A stretch of DNA of 63,979 bases, counting the filler, from Reticulomyxa filosa (taxonomy: Eukaryota; Protista; Foraminifera): NCBI GenBank assembly GCA_000512085.1. It is 23 parts of 23 records of this genome, joined end to end, with 100 filler letters (N's around TTAATTAATTAA, not from the genome) between each part and the next. Parts side by side here need not be neighbours in the genome. Positions count along the whole stretch, not along the records: positions 42,808 to 52,937 come from ASPP01018372.1; positions 53,038 to 57,953 come from ASPP01008306.1; positions 58,054 to 59,088 come from ASPP01025189.1; positions 59,189 to 61,280 come from ASPP01019963.1; positions 61,381 to 62,854 come from ASPP01029338.1; positions 62,955 to 63,979 come from ASPP01028100.1; 17 more parts are not named here. One strand, written 5' to 3'. Shown here piece by piece: positions 50,656 to 63,913 of this stretch (positions within the stretch are counted from its first letter, which is position 1; every line of letters starts with the position of its first letter). The notes under the pieces were generated by a model that was not told the origin of the DNA, searched no databases, and saw nothing but the letters and a program-made list of their open reading frames with translations. A program made the position numbers and the translations under genes.

Positions 50656-52321
50656 CTAAAAAACAACGCACCAAGATTTTTTTTAGGTTTGGACTGTTTA
50701 TGTAGATCAACCCTTTCATGTCTGGCTTCTTGTCGGTGTGCCACAGTATTTCTTCTTACGTATTCTTCCATCACCTTTTTTTTTAAAAAAATTTCAGCAT
50801 CTTGTCAGAATATCCAAAAAAAAACAACTCAACTTTTTGAAACATGGCACCAACATTTTGACCAGTTTGTCCAGACCCTTCGATCGCAACGGCATTTTTT
50901 GAACGAGCAAATCTCTTCCACATTTTTTTTTTCCCCACCCAAAAAAAAAAATTATTTTTATGTTCCCCTTTTTTTTTCCCCTCCCCTCCCTTCTCTCTTC
51001 CATGTTTCGTTCAGTTTAACTTCAACTTCTTCCAAAGAAATTTCCCTCGATTTTTTTTGGTCAATTACCAAGTCCACTGTCAAACAAGCAGATAAACGAA
51101 AATATGCATGAACATATTGACAAATTTTTTTGAAAAAAAAAAGTAAAGCGAGACATTTATTTCCAGCAATTAATAGCACACAGTTTTCATCTTCCATATC
51201 TTTACACCACTTCTCTACTGCACTCCAAGTGCTTTTGTCCGTCACATCTGTTCCATTGGATTCGTATATTTATGTGTACATCACAAAAAAAAAAAAAAAT
51301 GTCTAGAGCAGTTAAGCATTTTCGAATTGTTCAAATTTGGAAGGAAAAGAAAAAGATACAATAGTGATCAATCAACATTAGTCTCGTGTGATCTCATTGC
51401 TCAATCAAAACGTGTTTTAACACATTGATTTATTGCATGGTATGTATTGTGTATATGTTTGACTAGGACAGAGCAAAAAAAAAAATCAAGTAATACATAT
51501 AAATATGTGTATACATGTGTGTATATGTGTATATGTGTATGTATATGTATATAATAAGCATATATTAAGAACCATAGACAATGATTGCAGCATGAGCTCC
51601 TCTTGTGTAAAATTTTGTAAGACTGGCGAATTTTTCTTCTCCGGCGGTGTCCCACAGTTTGACCTCATAATTTTTCCCGTCGATTTCAAATGTTTTTTGT
51701 GAAAAGTATGCGCCCATTGTCTACTCTCGCAATTCGCAAGCAAGCAAACAAAAAAACACAACAACAATAAAATCGCACTTCGAATAGCCTTTGCAAAGAA
51801 TAGATGGATCCCTCCTTCCTCCCCCTTTTTGCTCTCCTCTCATAGTGGTGCTATGAAGCATATGGGAAGAGTGGTATGTAAATGCTCATTAACGAAACAA
51901 AGCAAAACGATTTAAAAATAATAAAAAAATACGTGTTCACATGTTTCAACAGACCGAAAACATGGATTATGTGAGTCCGTCTTTTTTTGTGTGTGTGCTA
52001 TGTTGTGAGTGTAGGTGTGTTGTTGTTATTGTTGTTTTTAATGAATTGTAAACTGCTTGGGTTTGCATTATCTCGCCATACAAATATTGATTGAACAGTG
52101 TCGTTTTGCCTTTTTTTTTTTAAATAGACACCCAAAACTTGATTTAAAAAAAAAGAAAATATTGGAACTGCCTGCTCTTTGTAAGGCTGAACACACGAAC
52201 AGGCAGCAGGCTTTTTATTTGTATTTTTTTGTGGTGCTTGCGATTGCTTGCACGTGTTCCGTCAATGCTTACCAACGTTCTTTTCTCCCAACAAAACCAG
52301 TTTCAAAACATCATCTGCCAT
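50656..52321 (-). CDS. Divergent Rab GTPase (Rab5/21/22/24-like effector loop), multi-exon
   Basis: MADDVLKLVLLGEKNVG|KTTLFNQY..|TMGAYF..KLWDTAGEEKFASLTKFYTRGAHAAIIVY|DVTD..IAGNK..EGSGQTGQNV. The tail reads KPKKKSWCVVF* after adding one base to a T8 run. Confidence 0.9.
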
Positions 52322-53119
52322 CTGTTGGTGGTTTTATGCCTCTTGGTTTTGTTTTTGGTGGTTTTGCTGTTTTTGTCGTTTCAAAGCAAGGCCGGGCTGA
52401 ATTATGTCGACAATGTTCCTTATCTTTTTAGTTTTTTTAAATAAGATGAACTTTGCAGAACTTTCTTTAGGCTGTTTTAAAGAAAATATATTTTCTTCAA
52501 ACTAGTGTTTAGATTCCTAACAGAACACCAATTTTCCAAACCAAAATTAAATTTTTTAATAAGAAAACGTATTATTTTCCTTCACTTTTCGAAAAAGGCA
52601 CAAACATCTTTATCAACAATACTTCACTTACTTTTTAAATACACCAGTTTATTTGTCGCGAAACCAATTTTATTAATTCCAAAAAAATGAACAATAAACA
52701 ATATTGTCAAAATTAGCTTTTTAAATTTCTAACGCTGTAGTACTGAGCATTACAGAATCCAAGTAAACCTCAAAACTCCCTTTATTCTGGTTCACACTCA
52801 CTTCACTCCTCAGCTTTTGTTTTTTCTTACTTTTGCTTGTTTGTTCTAGATTGTTATTTTTTCGTTACTTAACAAATTTCGTTTTGTTGAAAGTTTGCTC
52901 AGGAGAGCTAATCAATCTTTCGTATTACATTTTGCGCNNNNNNNNNNNNNNNNNNNNNNNNNNNNNNNNNNNNNNNNNNNNTTAATTAATTAANNNNNNN
53001 NNNNNNNNNNNNNNNNNNNNNNNNNNNNNNNNNNNNNGTTTTTTTTTTGACTTTTTTTGAAATTATTGTTTTTTGTTTTTTTTTTTGATGTGATTGTTAT
53101 ATTGAAATATTTTAAGTTT

Positions 53120-55679
53120 TTATATTGTAATTTCTTTCATTTTTTTTGCGCTTTTTTTGGATTTTGCTGCTTTTAAAAAGGTTTGCAGTGCGTTTAGTTT
53201 TGCGTCAATTGTTTGAATTTCTTTCGATTTTTCGATTGTGTGTGTGTATTTGTTTTCTATGTTTATTTTTTTGTTTTTTTTCAAATGATAATGTTGAATA
53301 TGATTTTTATTTTTACAAAGTGTGCTTACCTTGACTTGAAAGTAACTCTGTTTTTGAATTATTTTTTGATGTATATATCTCATTTTGTGTGCAAGATGAT
53401 GCATTTGTGTTATTTTCATTTTCAGAAGGCGATTTGCTTAAATGATATACTAATTTTTGTTTATTTTTGTATTTGGGGCTGAAAGTATTTTTATTGTTAA
53501 ATTTTCTCTCTTTATTGTAATTGTGGGATTTTTGCATATTTGCAATATAGTTTTTGCAATTTGATAGTTGAGAAGCCTTTTCATGTCTTTGTTTTTTTTG
53601 TGCTTTTTTTCAATTGGTTTTGATTTTGAGTTGAAGGAGAAGTGTAAATATTTTGTTGAGATTGAGAATAGCTTGCGTCCGAAGAATGACTATTGCTACT
53701 GGCGTAGCCAAATGTTTTTCGATAATTTTTCGATTGTTCTATTTTTAATTGCCTTTCTTTGGCCCATGAAGTAGGGTCAAACCGCACCGATAGTTGTGGT
53801 GAGTTTTGTGTTGAAGACACTGAAGTGAGCGCTTTTTTTTCGTCAAACTTTTTTAGTCTGTCTTGTGAACTTACAGAAGATTGACTGCGCGGTTTCATGT
53901 TACCTGTTTTATTTTCCGTTGATTTTGTTGTGAGTTAGCAATTTGAATTCGTCTCCAGAATATCTGCTTAACATGATTTGCTCTTGTGGTTTTGCGAACT
54001 GGACAAGAGAGTGTTTTTTTTGTACTCACGTTGAACCTGCGGTGGGGAAGTGCCGTAGAGATTCGATTTGGAAATATGTTTTCGCAATAGATTAATTTGT
54101 GCTGTTTTCTGTATGTCTTCATCTTTTATAGCGTTTAACTCCTCACACATTTGTATGTGAGAAGCTTTGAGCTTTTGCATGTTACTCTCTAATTCATTTT
54201 TGTATTCCTCAAATTCTTTACTAATTTTTTTATTTTTCTCGCGTTCTTCCCACAGTTGCACGGAAATAATTTCTGTGTTCTTTTGTATTTCTTCCATCCT
54301 TTGCAAGAGCAATAGACAACATAATAAATAAAAAAAATAGCAAAATGTGATGTGAATCTCTGCATTTCTCAACTTAGTATTAATGTATGCTTCATATTTT
54401 TGATTAATTTGTTTTTGTAGGCGCTTGATTTCTAAATCTTTTTTTAATAGTTCCATTTTTAGCATCCTTACTTCTTCTTCCATTACATCAATAATTTTGG
54501 TTAATTTCCCCATAGGATACCCTGTCCTTGTATTGTTTTGGTTCCCATCCATTTGTTTTTCCTTGTGTTGACTATTGTTATTTACTCCTTTGGAATCCAG
54601 TAATTCTTCATACTGTTGTTGTAAACTAATCAACAAATTTTGCAAATCGGCGTTTTCTAGTCGTGCTTTTTCTAACTCTTGAGTTAGTTTTGTTATTGTA
54701 TTGTTCGTCTTTTCGTTTCCATCGATCTTTGTGTCCCAAATACACAAAATTCTTGTAACTGCAACTTAACACGCTTTTAAAAAGGGTACGGCCAAAATTC
54801 ATTTGGTTTATTTAAAAAACATACACAACGAAAAGATATACAACTTGAGCACGAATATTGTACTTCGGAGAGGGAGAATGACTTTTTGAGACAGAATTTA
54901 TAGTTGGAACTGAAATTTTGTGTGCAAGGCGCCGAACATTTTTTGTGTTTGGCACTACCGGGTAATTGTTTGTAGTCAAATGTTTTAGTGGCAATGGATA
55001 GTATACTCTACACATTTGGTTTTTTTTTGAAGGGAGTTGATCATTTGTTAGTTGTTAGAAGAGGATAAAAACAAAAATAAATCAAAATAATTCCAATATC
55101 TACAAAAGAAATGCCTGTCAAAATCCGAAATATATGTCAAAATTAAATATCTCTTGTTGTTTGTGGACTGTGGTGTAGTCGAAATTAAGGATCGTCCTAT
55201 TCATTGCAAGTGTCAACTTTGTGTCGGTTGTTCCTTTTATTTTTGTTTTTGATTTCGGAAGAAAATTAGATACCTCTCTGATTTCCATTAAATACATTTC
55301 TGTATCGTTTTTGAGTTTTAAGTGTTTCCAAGTCGTGATATGTCAACATATCAATACAAACTGATTTCTTTGTGCTGTCCAATGCGCTGCATAACATTTC
55401 TGCAAATGTTTCAAATGTTTTGAAATTGCCTGCCTTATTTGTCATCTCTTCAATGTCTGTTTTTTTAAAAGTACTTATGCAAGTCAGAAGAAAGGAAATA
55501 TCTCCAAAAACACAACAAAAAACGATACAGCTGCTAGAAAACTGGTTGTTCCATTGTTCACCAGTGGGCTCATGCTCCACTTTAATGTGCAAGACAGAGT
55601 TCTTTGCAAATATTTTAAGTTTGTAGATGTTGTCACCAAAGTTTCGTTTGCATTGCTTTACAAACTCGCCAGATTCCAT
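53120..55679 (-). CDS. CCDC61: CCDC61/VFL3 (SAS-6 paralog, centriole/basal body protein), multi-exon
   Basis: VEHEPTGEQW..IEEMTNKAGNFKTFETFAEML..SVCIDMLTYHDLETLK..KRYLILTYISDFD|RVYYPLPL, long coiled coil, C-terminal IDAKLNALQTFLK. Confidence 0.88.
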
Positions 55680-55992
55680 TCTTTTCCTCAATTTGCACTT
55701 TTTTTAGTTCACTAGAGCTGCACTTTGGAAATTTTCCTTCTGTACTGCAAAGTTGAGATTAGCTTTTTAACTTAACATTCACTTCAATCAGCATTCTAGT
55801 TTAGTTTCGTAAATAATTGGCAAAAGGAGCGTTAATATTTGAAGTGACTAGCCTTTTTCTACGAGATAATTTTCAAAATAGTTGTTTGCTTGTTTTATTA
55901 TACACAATTACATTGACAGCTTGTGGGAATATATTACTGGACGAGAAAGGGTCTTTTTAATCATTTCCTTTGAGATAATAGTTGTGGAATCA

Positions 55993-57953
55993 ATGTTGTC
56001 CCCATATGATAATGATTCTGAAAAAATCAAACTCCTCCGAGAAAAATGCAACTATGACGTAAGATTTTGTTTTTTTTTGGAATGTAGCACTCTGAAGGTT
56101 CTGTAGGTCGAAGAAACGGTTAGGGCTAACACAACAGCAAGGATATAACAACAAACAAAAACAGTTGTTGAAGTCAGAAGAGGAGTATGTGAACATGTTG
56201 GAAGTGATTGTGATAAATGTATTCAAGCCACTGCATCAAAATAGTGAAAAACTTGGACTTAAATCGCAACATGTATTAAATTGTAAAAAAACCGAGCAAG
56301 AGAAAAGAAAGCCAAAAAAAAAAAAAAAAGGGAAGGGAGAGGGGAGGAAAAAACATCCTTAACAGGACATCTTTTTTTTGGTGAGTCAAAACGTACACAC
56401 CCCTCAGTACAACAACAATGAGGATACGTATATGAAAGCGTATGACCTTTTTTTTTTTTTTTAAATGATATGTGTATTGGATCTTAAAGTGTTGTTGATG
56501 CACTCATAGAAACATAACACAAAAGCAACATAACATAATCACACAGGTGCAATTTGTATTTCTTTTTTTGGAACATATGCTCCAATTTCATGTGAATTTT
56601 TTGTCAGTGATTCGGGATGCGTTAAACATAGTGCCAGATTTTTACAAATACAGTAATTTTGTTCAAATGTACGACGATTACTTGGGAAAATTTGACAGTG
56701 TGTTGCAAGTATTTGCCGAATGGAAGTCCATGCAATTTCGTTCTTTTATCAATATGAGATTGGAGAATGAAAAAGTAAAAAAATGTATCGAAGCACCAAT
56801 GTTGTGGATGTTGCCATGGTATGACTATCTTGCTTCCTCAAAAAAAAGTTTAATTATCCTATCGTTCCCCCTCTCCCTTCAAAAAAAAAAAAAAAAAAAA
56901 AAAAGGTATTTGTATCATCCCTTTGAAAGATTAAAAGTGTATTACAAATTTCTTCGCGATCTGGAGAGTCTGTCAAAAGCAGGAGACGAAGACAGAAAAT
57001 TCTTGGATGATTCATTGGTCAAATTCAAAAAAGTATATCAAAAAAATCAAGCAAAGTTTAATAATTGCAAAACATATGAGAAATTTAAAAAAAAAAAAAA
57101 AAACATTAAAAAAAAAAAAAAAAAAAAAACAAACACAAAAATATCATCACTTACAAACACTAAATACAAAACCTAAGCACCAATCACTTTTGCAATTTAC
57201 ACTTTCTATTTTATACACTTCCATGTTATATACACATATTTTATGTATAACAACATGTTTGTACATTATTTGTAAAGACGAAAAAAGACTCGCACTAAAA
57301 CCAAACTGTTGGAAGTGCAGTTGCAAATTCATGGTGAATACAAAACAATTGTTCAAGATGATCGTTATTTTATTAGTTATTTGATTTATTTATTCCTTTA
57401 TTTTATTTTATTATTATCATTTTTTTGGGTTCACTATAATTGTTATTGCACAAATAAAAAATAAAAAAAATGAAAAGTGTGCAAGCCGTGCCAAATGAGA
57501 CGCAAATTGTTGCACAAGAAATACAAAGGAATAACAGTATACTTATTTAGTGATTTGTTTGTGTGGGTATCTGTGCGTGGCAAGTACAAAGGCAGCTATT
57601 CGTTATACAACACTGAGCTGCAAATTGAGAAATCAGGGAAGGTTGGCGATGCCGAGTTTTCTGTCGGTTTGGCCACTGAAAAAAACAAGAGATTAGTCGT
57701 ATGTGCTAATGATGGTCAGTGGGTTTTTTTTTGTTGTTGTTGTTGTTTATTTGTTCGTTTGTTTGTTTGCTGTAATAAAAATAAAAAATTCTTTGTTTTG
57801 TTTTCTTGTACAAAAGAACAACGTGATTCTGTACTCGCAAGAATTACCGATGCACAGCGAAAATGTTTCGAACGATCAAAAAATGCAACGTAATCGTAAA
57901 TTTTTTTTTTGTCAGTATACGTTTCTAGGAACAACACTTTTTTTTTTTTTTTT
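55993..57953 (+). CDS. Dbl-family RhoGEF (DH-PH), multi-exon, 3' truncated
   Basis: LLKSEEEYVNMLEVI..FKPL (CR1), FVQMYDDY, YLYHPFERLKVYYKFLRDL (CR3), PH strand VYLFSDLFVW. Confidence 0.87.
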
Positions 57954-58053
57954 NNNNNNNNNNNNNNNNNNNNNNNNNNNNNNNNNNNNNNNNNNNNTTA
58001 ATTAATTAANNNNNNNNNNNNNNNNNNNNNNNNNNNNNNNNNNNNNNNNNNNN

Positions 58054-59088
58054 AGTATCTTTGCCATCTTGTTGATCGCTCATTTGCTTTTCTTCAGACA
58101 ACGAGACAGTCGGAATAAGATCTCTTTCGGGTACAGTCAGAGTAATGGTAGTAGTGGCAGTAGTAGTAGTAGTAGTAATCTGTTGGCCAGAGGGGTCATT
58201 AGAACTGGTTTGTGCGGAAGGTTCCACTTCGGACAGGGCATCCCATCGCAATCCAATAGTTAACACATTTGTGCCGATCATTTTGATAAACTGGGCCAAC
58301 AGTTGCGAGTCCGCCTTGGCCTCTGCTTTGGTGGACCTCGTAATGGCCACCACTCTCAATTGCCGGATCATGCGCAACTGTCGTATCCGTTCAAAGTTTT
58401 CAAAGTCAAATCCGACCAACGAGCGCGCGCGCGCGCGTAAAAATGGGAGATCTCCAAGTGAACGACGAAAGATAAGCAGCCGAGAATCTGGAGCATTGGA
58501 CGGGATAAAATCCAATATCCATTCAGCCGAATCTTGCGCAATGACAATGGCGCGAAATCCGCCGTATAGCTTAAAGTGGTGCATTGCTCCTCGTGGATCT
58601 CCCATTGCCTTTCTTCCTCCGTCATTTCAATTTTTTCTTCTTTCTTCTCATCGTCTTCTGTCGACTCTGACGGCGGCACAATTGCAAGACCATTGGTACT
58701 GGGCATTAACATTAACATTACATTTGCATTAGTATTAGTATTAGTATTTAGTATCAGTATTAATATTAGCATTGACATTGGTCACAACTGTAATCTCTGG
58801 TGCAAGCGTATGCAAATGATCGGGTGTCGGCACGAGAACGTGGGATGGGGCTGCATTCGCAAACGACTGCTCTCCGCTCTTGCTATCCGTGTCCGTGGTC
58901 TGTCGATACTCCACTGGGGTTGCAACAAAGTATCCCATTGTCAAGTTCAAGTCGCTCACTGTTGCCATCAAATCGTGATTCATCATCGAGTTCATCTGCT
59001 GTCCTTGTTGGTGCTGTTCGTTTCTCATTTTATGCGAGTGTACTTCCTCTTGATCACTATGGCTCGTATTTGTATTTGTATTTGTATT
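58054..59088 (-). CDS. Hypothetical protein, internal fragment
   Basis: Overlapping open frames (58741-59028, 58368-58778, 58054-58605) with coding-like composition, probably linked by indels. No family recognised. Confidence 0.45.
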
Positions 59089-59188
59089 NNNNNNNNNNNN
59101 NNNNNNNNNNNNNNNNNNNNNNNNNNNNNNNNTTAATTAATTAANNNNNNNNNNNNNNNNNNNNNNNNNNNNNNNNNNNNNNNNNNNN

Positions 59189-61280
59189 TTCTCCATAATC
59201 ACGATGGAATTACATGGCAAGTCTTATGGTTATTAGCATACAAACGGCAAATCAAGTCTCAATAACTGCCCCGGTCCCTCAACCTTTGCAATCATCAATT
59301 TGAAATCCAACATTGCTTACATCAATGTTACATACAAGACATCAACAGCACATACACTCGCATTACTTGTGAAGGCAACGAGAAAGAAGCAACGCCCTTG
59401 TTCGTACTGTTTGCCAAATTTCTGCAAACTTGATGATCGACATCATCAAAAGTGGGCCTCAATGCAATGAGAGAATTGCCCAAGCAGAGGCTATGGAGTG
59501 AGTGCATTTGTTCGATATATACTACTGGCCGGCATTCAACCACAATTTCAAAACTCATGTCAGTCAAAGTATATACGTTTGATTGGACTATTGGAAAAAA
59601 AGCGCAATGTACAGAATGTAATGGTCAAAATGCAGTCGACAGTGTCACAATTATTTTTTTTCCTTATACGTTTAATCCAACTGCTGCTCAATGGGCTTTC
59701 ACTTTTTCGCCGACGGTAATACATGGCATAGATTACTATGAATGAGTATACACGTATTGCGATCCCATCTCAAATATTTCGTGTTTTTTTTTTTGTCAGA
59801 GCCTGATGAATACAGCATGTATGGATTACCTGTGGCTCAATGTGCTTAAATACCCAAATTACACACAAACAATATATATAGGCATCTCCTCTCCGACAAA
59901 CTCTCCAGTTCCACCATAAACCTTTCCCGAAACCAATCGCGATATCGCAAAAGCCAGCACAGTCGCCAGTAACAACATCAACGCACCGTCCAGTTCAATT
60001 TATGAAGATATCCCGATAATGCAACAATTGATATCATTTGTTGTTGCAAATTGAAGACGATTTCGGAAAATTGGCCAACCAGTGTTTATATGCTATTGAC
60101 AATTTATAAATGTCGCAATTTGTTATTCAAATTGTAATCTTCGTTTTATCAATAATGAAGTATCAAGACCAATACTTGGATCAATGAAACATTGCCTCCA
60201 AGGTGTTATATCCAGATGCGAATGAGCAATCTGATTTCACTCCAAACAAATGACCATCCAGGCAAAAGGATAGATGTGGTGGAGTAACGAAAGCTGTTGT
60301 GGTTATTGTTGACACGCACGAAAAAGCCAATCGTATTCATATAGTCGATTGAAATGAATTCGTGTCACCTTCCTCTTTCTTCAATTTCATCAACATCATC
60401 CACAATAATCTCCAATTGGTGAATTATTATTTGGCTCCTTTTCCTATTGACTCTAGATTTGAAGCAATCCAAAAGATTTATGTACCAAGAATTATATACA
60501 TATAAAATATTGGACCAAGTGAAAGCATTAGACATTAGCAACGTGCAGTGTCGACACTCCATTTGCAGACTATACCTTGGTTGCTGTGCAAGCACTGAAT
60601 TCTCGAGTGTGTTCAAAAACATCAAATATATCGATCCCACGACAACAGATAGTATTGATACTGTTGTAGATACGTAAGTTCTGTTAGTATCCTCAACAAT
60701 AGACTCTCCAAATTGTGCTGTTACATACAATTAAACATTGAATGTGACCAACTTATTGGCATGGCAATCTATTGATGTCGTCGTCGAATATCGTGTTATT
60801 AGATGAAGGCACTGCAAGGAAAAACGATTTGAACACAATTGGCAATGTGACGATCAATTTCGAGTGTATAAAAGGGGGATCAAGCTCGATCAAATTTGCT
60901 GAGCAGTGTCCAAGATTGTCAAGTATCATCGAAGTAGTAATCCACAATCATATCGCTAATTATAAATATAATCAGTATTAAGAGTCACCACCAAGAATGA
61001 AGGAAACAATGTGAATCCATATACCTGTCGACAGAATGCAGCACAATAGTGCTATTATCCAACTCAGCTTTCTCGGAATATCGCAATTATCGCTCAAATA
61101 CTGGCTGCTTCATGGTTAGGTCCATACATCAACCCATGCAATCCAAGAAAAAACGAGAAGACAAAAAAAAAAAAGCACGAATTGTCGACGTGAAGGATAG
61201 CAGCCACTATTTAAAGGTCGGTGTGAGTATATGTTGTTTGTATCATACTTTCGGCTGTTGTAATATGCATTAACCAAGGG
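59189..61280. pseudogene. Decayed coding-like sequence, possibly a membrane protein (minus strand)
   Basis: Balanced composition and short hydrophobic frames (GALMLLLATVLAFAISR; KLSWIIALLCCILSTGIW) broken by stops. Family not established. Confidence 0.3.
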
Positions 61281-61689
61281 NNNNNNNNNNNNNNNNNNNN
61301 NNNNNNNNNNNNNNNNNNNNNNNNTTAATTAATTAANNNNNNNNNNNNNNNNNNNNNNNNNNNNNNNNNNNNNNNNNNNNTGGTCCAATCAAATATTATA
61401 TAAGAAAAGGTTTAGTGAATGTGTTATATGTGAGAATATTAGGAAAACAACAATTATTATTGATTTATTTTCATTAAATAAAAAGCAATCATATAAATAA
61501 TTGCTATTTTAACTACATTCAGTAATTTATTCAGATATTACACATGTAATATTCATTTAAACCTATATTTAATTGGATATTCTTTCAATCCTTTTTGTTG
61601 AATATTACAAATATAATTTGATGTTGTGATGCACCAAATAAAAAGTGTGGTTGGGTATATTTTTCTAACATCAAATTTAAGAGAAGACA

Positions 61690-62854
61690 ATTGAACATTA
61701 GTCGATGCTATCTTCAAGTGTTTGATCAATGGACTCAAAAATAACAATTTCTGTGAAAAATTTAGTATATATCTCACAACAAAATTAAATGAAAGACATT
61801 TGTACTTAATCAATGGACTAAAAGATAAGAGTGGTTATATTCGTAGATCATGTGTAAAAGCACTTGGAGGAGATTTTCAACGCATTCATTAAATTTTTGA
61901 ACGCAGTAACTTGAAAAAATATCTGTCGTTTGGGAATATGAAAAAAGAAATAAGAATTATTTGAATTTGGTTTGCTGACATATAATTCTCTTATCCAATT
62001 GAATTGCAATAATGATAATATCACTTTGGATACCATTGAATGAATTAATAAATTATTGTAATAAGCAGACCAGTGGATGAAATTACTCATATCATTAATT
62101 AAAATAAAATTATGGTAAAATAATGAAGATATTGCATATCCTTGTTCGAATGACAATGCTTTCCAACATTTAAAAAAATGAAAATTCATGCAATGGTCAT
62201 TACACTGTTCTGTTCTTCATAAAACAGCCACGATCAGGAATTGAAACTTATATTGCAGAATAATCTCCATATTGACATAAATAATTTATGCAATGAATAT
62301 CGACAAACTCCATTGCATTTGGCAATCAACAGCAAACATTGGAATGCCGCACGGTATTGTATTGAAAAAGGAGCATGGATCGATGTCAGAGAGAGAGAAA
62401 GAGAGAGTGCTGTCATATGCTTCCATTTTGAGAACTCCTTTTTGAAGATATCATGGAATTGATTATGAAACACAAAAATGACAAAAATAATAAAGAGTAT
62501 TTAGATGCAATGAACATATGCAAATGAATATTAATAAAGAAAATTGAATATGCAATGGATTATGTGAAAGATAAATTTGTGATGAAAGATGATATTATCA
62601 AATTCATTAATATGAAATATTATTTCAAGAAGATGCGACTTTCTTATTGAGAGTAAGTCAGAATGATTTTCAAAAGTAATTTGTTGTATTGGATAGCAAG
62701 TAGAAATGCAATGATTATAATAAAATAAAAAAAGATTTGATGAAGGGTGGCTTGAATATTTTTATCATTTGAAATATGTATCCAATTGAAAGGAGAAATA
62801 AATTGTATTAGATTGCCAAGAGATACAATATTTGAATAAGTATATGAAAAAGGA
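61690..62854 (+). pseudogene. HEAT (PBS-lyase-like) plus ankyrin repeat gene remnants
   Basis: CLINGLK..LINGLKDKSGYIRRSCVKALG (HEAT) and QTPLHLAINSKHWNAARYCIEKGAWIDVR (ankyrin) amid stops and frameshifts. Confidence 0.7.
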
Positions 62855-63277
62855 NNNNNNNNNNNNNNNNNNNNNNNNNNNNNNNNNNNNNNNNNNNNTT
62901 AATTAATTAANNNNNNNNNNNNNNNNNNNNNNNNNNNNNNNNNNNNNNNNNNNNTTTTTTTTTTTTAAGAATAAAACTCTTTAATCTGCGTCTGCTCTTT
63001 GGATAAAAGTTAAATTACGAATCGTTTTTGAAGGAACTTTCAGCAGCCGAAACAACATTTGCAACTAGTGTTTATTGTCTTGTAATTGTATATTTTGGAC
63101 AGAAGATAACACCGATCAATCTGTTGTAATAATTGCAAAAAAAAGAATACGCAACAAATGTATACCAATCTTTTTCAGAAACGCGAAAAAAGTCAAAAAA
63201 AGCGTAAGACGAAAGCAGGATGGGGGCAAAAATTCAAAACCTATATTGAGCGTTCAACAAATATTATTATTATAATA

Positions 63278-63913
63278 ATGGAAACAACAGCAGATATCGA
63301 AAAAACATTTCAGTCAAGATTGACAACGATTGAATCATGTTTCAAATCTATGGCAGGCAAAATAGACGAGACAGAAAAAGAGGTGAGCTAAAAAAGTAAC
63401 TCTAACACAAGCTCCAAAAAATACCCCATTACGAAAAATAAAGATTAAAAAATGAAACAGGTGAACAAAAATATAGGCATGATAGAAGAACAGCTCGAAG
63501 AAGGTACTTTTGTTGGTATTCCTCTCAATTTTTGTATCTGATATATTTTTTGGCGTTGAGACTCCATTGTACATTAAAAAAAAAGAAAAAAAGCACTTGA
63601 ATCATTTTTTGCCAGAATCGAAGCTGCAATAGCACAACTTCCAAATATTCCACCTTTAGACATATCTGAGGTTTGTACATTTTTTTTAAAAAAAAAGGGG
63701 TCAAACAAAGACAATAAACAAAAAATAACGAAATAATAGCAAGGGATGGGCGACGAAAGTCAGCAAATGTCCAAGTTATCCCTTAGTGAACCCGGACAGA
63801 CGAGAAAAGAGGGAGAAATTTCTCTGATGGCGTCAGCTTCGTTGAGCCCTAAAAAACGTCCTCTTCCGTTTGAGGATGACTCTTCCTCGCCTCCCAAACG
63901 AAGAAAAATATAA
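63278..63913 (+). CDS. Small 4-exon hypothetical protein with C-terminal bipartite NLS
   Basis: METTADIEK.. with GT-AG introns. The last exon ends SPKKRPLPFEDDSSSPPKRRKI*. One junction needs a frame correction. Confidence 0.5.

Noticed and set aside
59189-60100. SLC6 or ClC transporter assignment
   Set aside because: Only vague fragments (HSLCLGNSLIAL, EGPG). The hallmark motifs could not be reconstructed.
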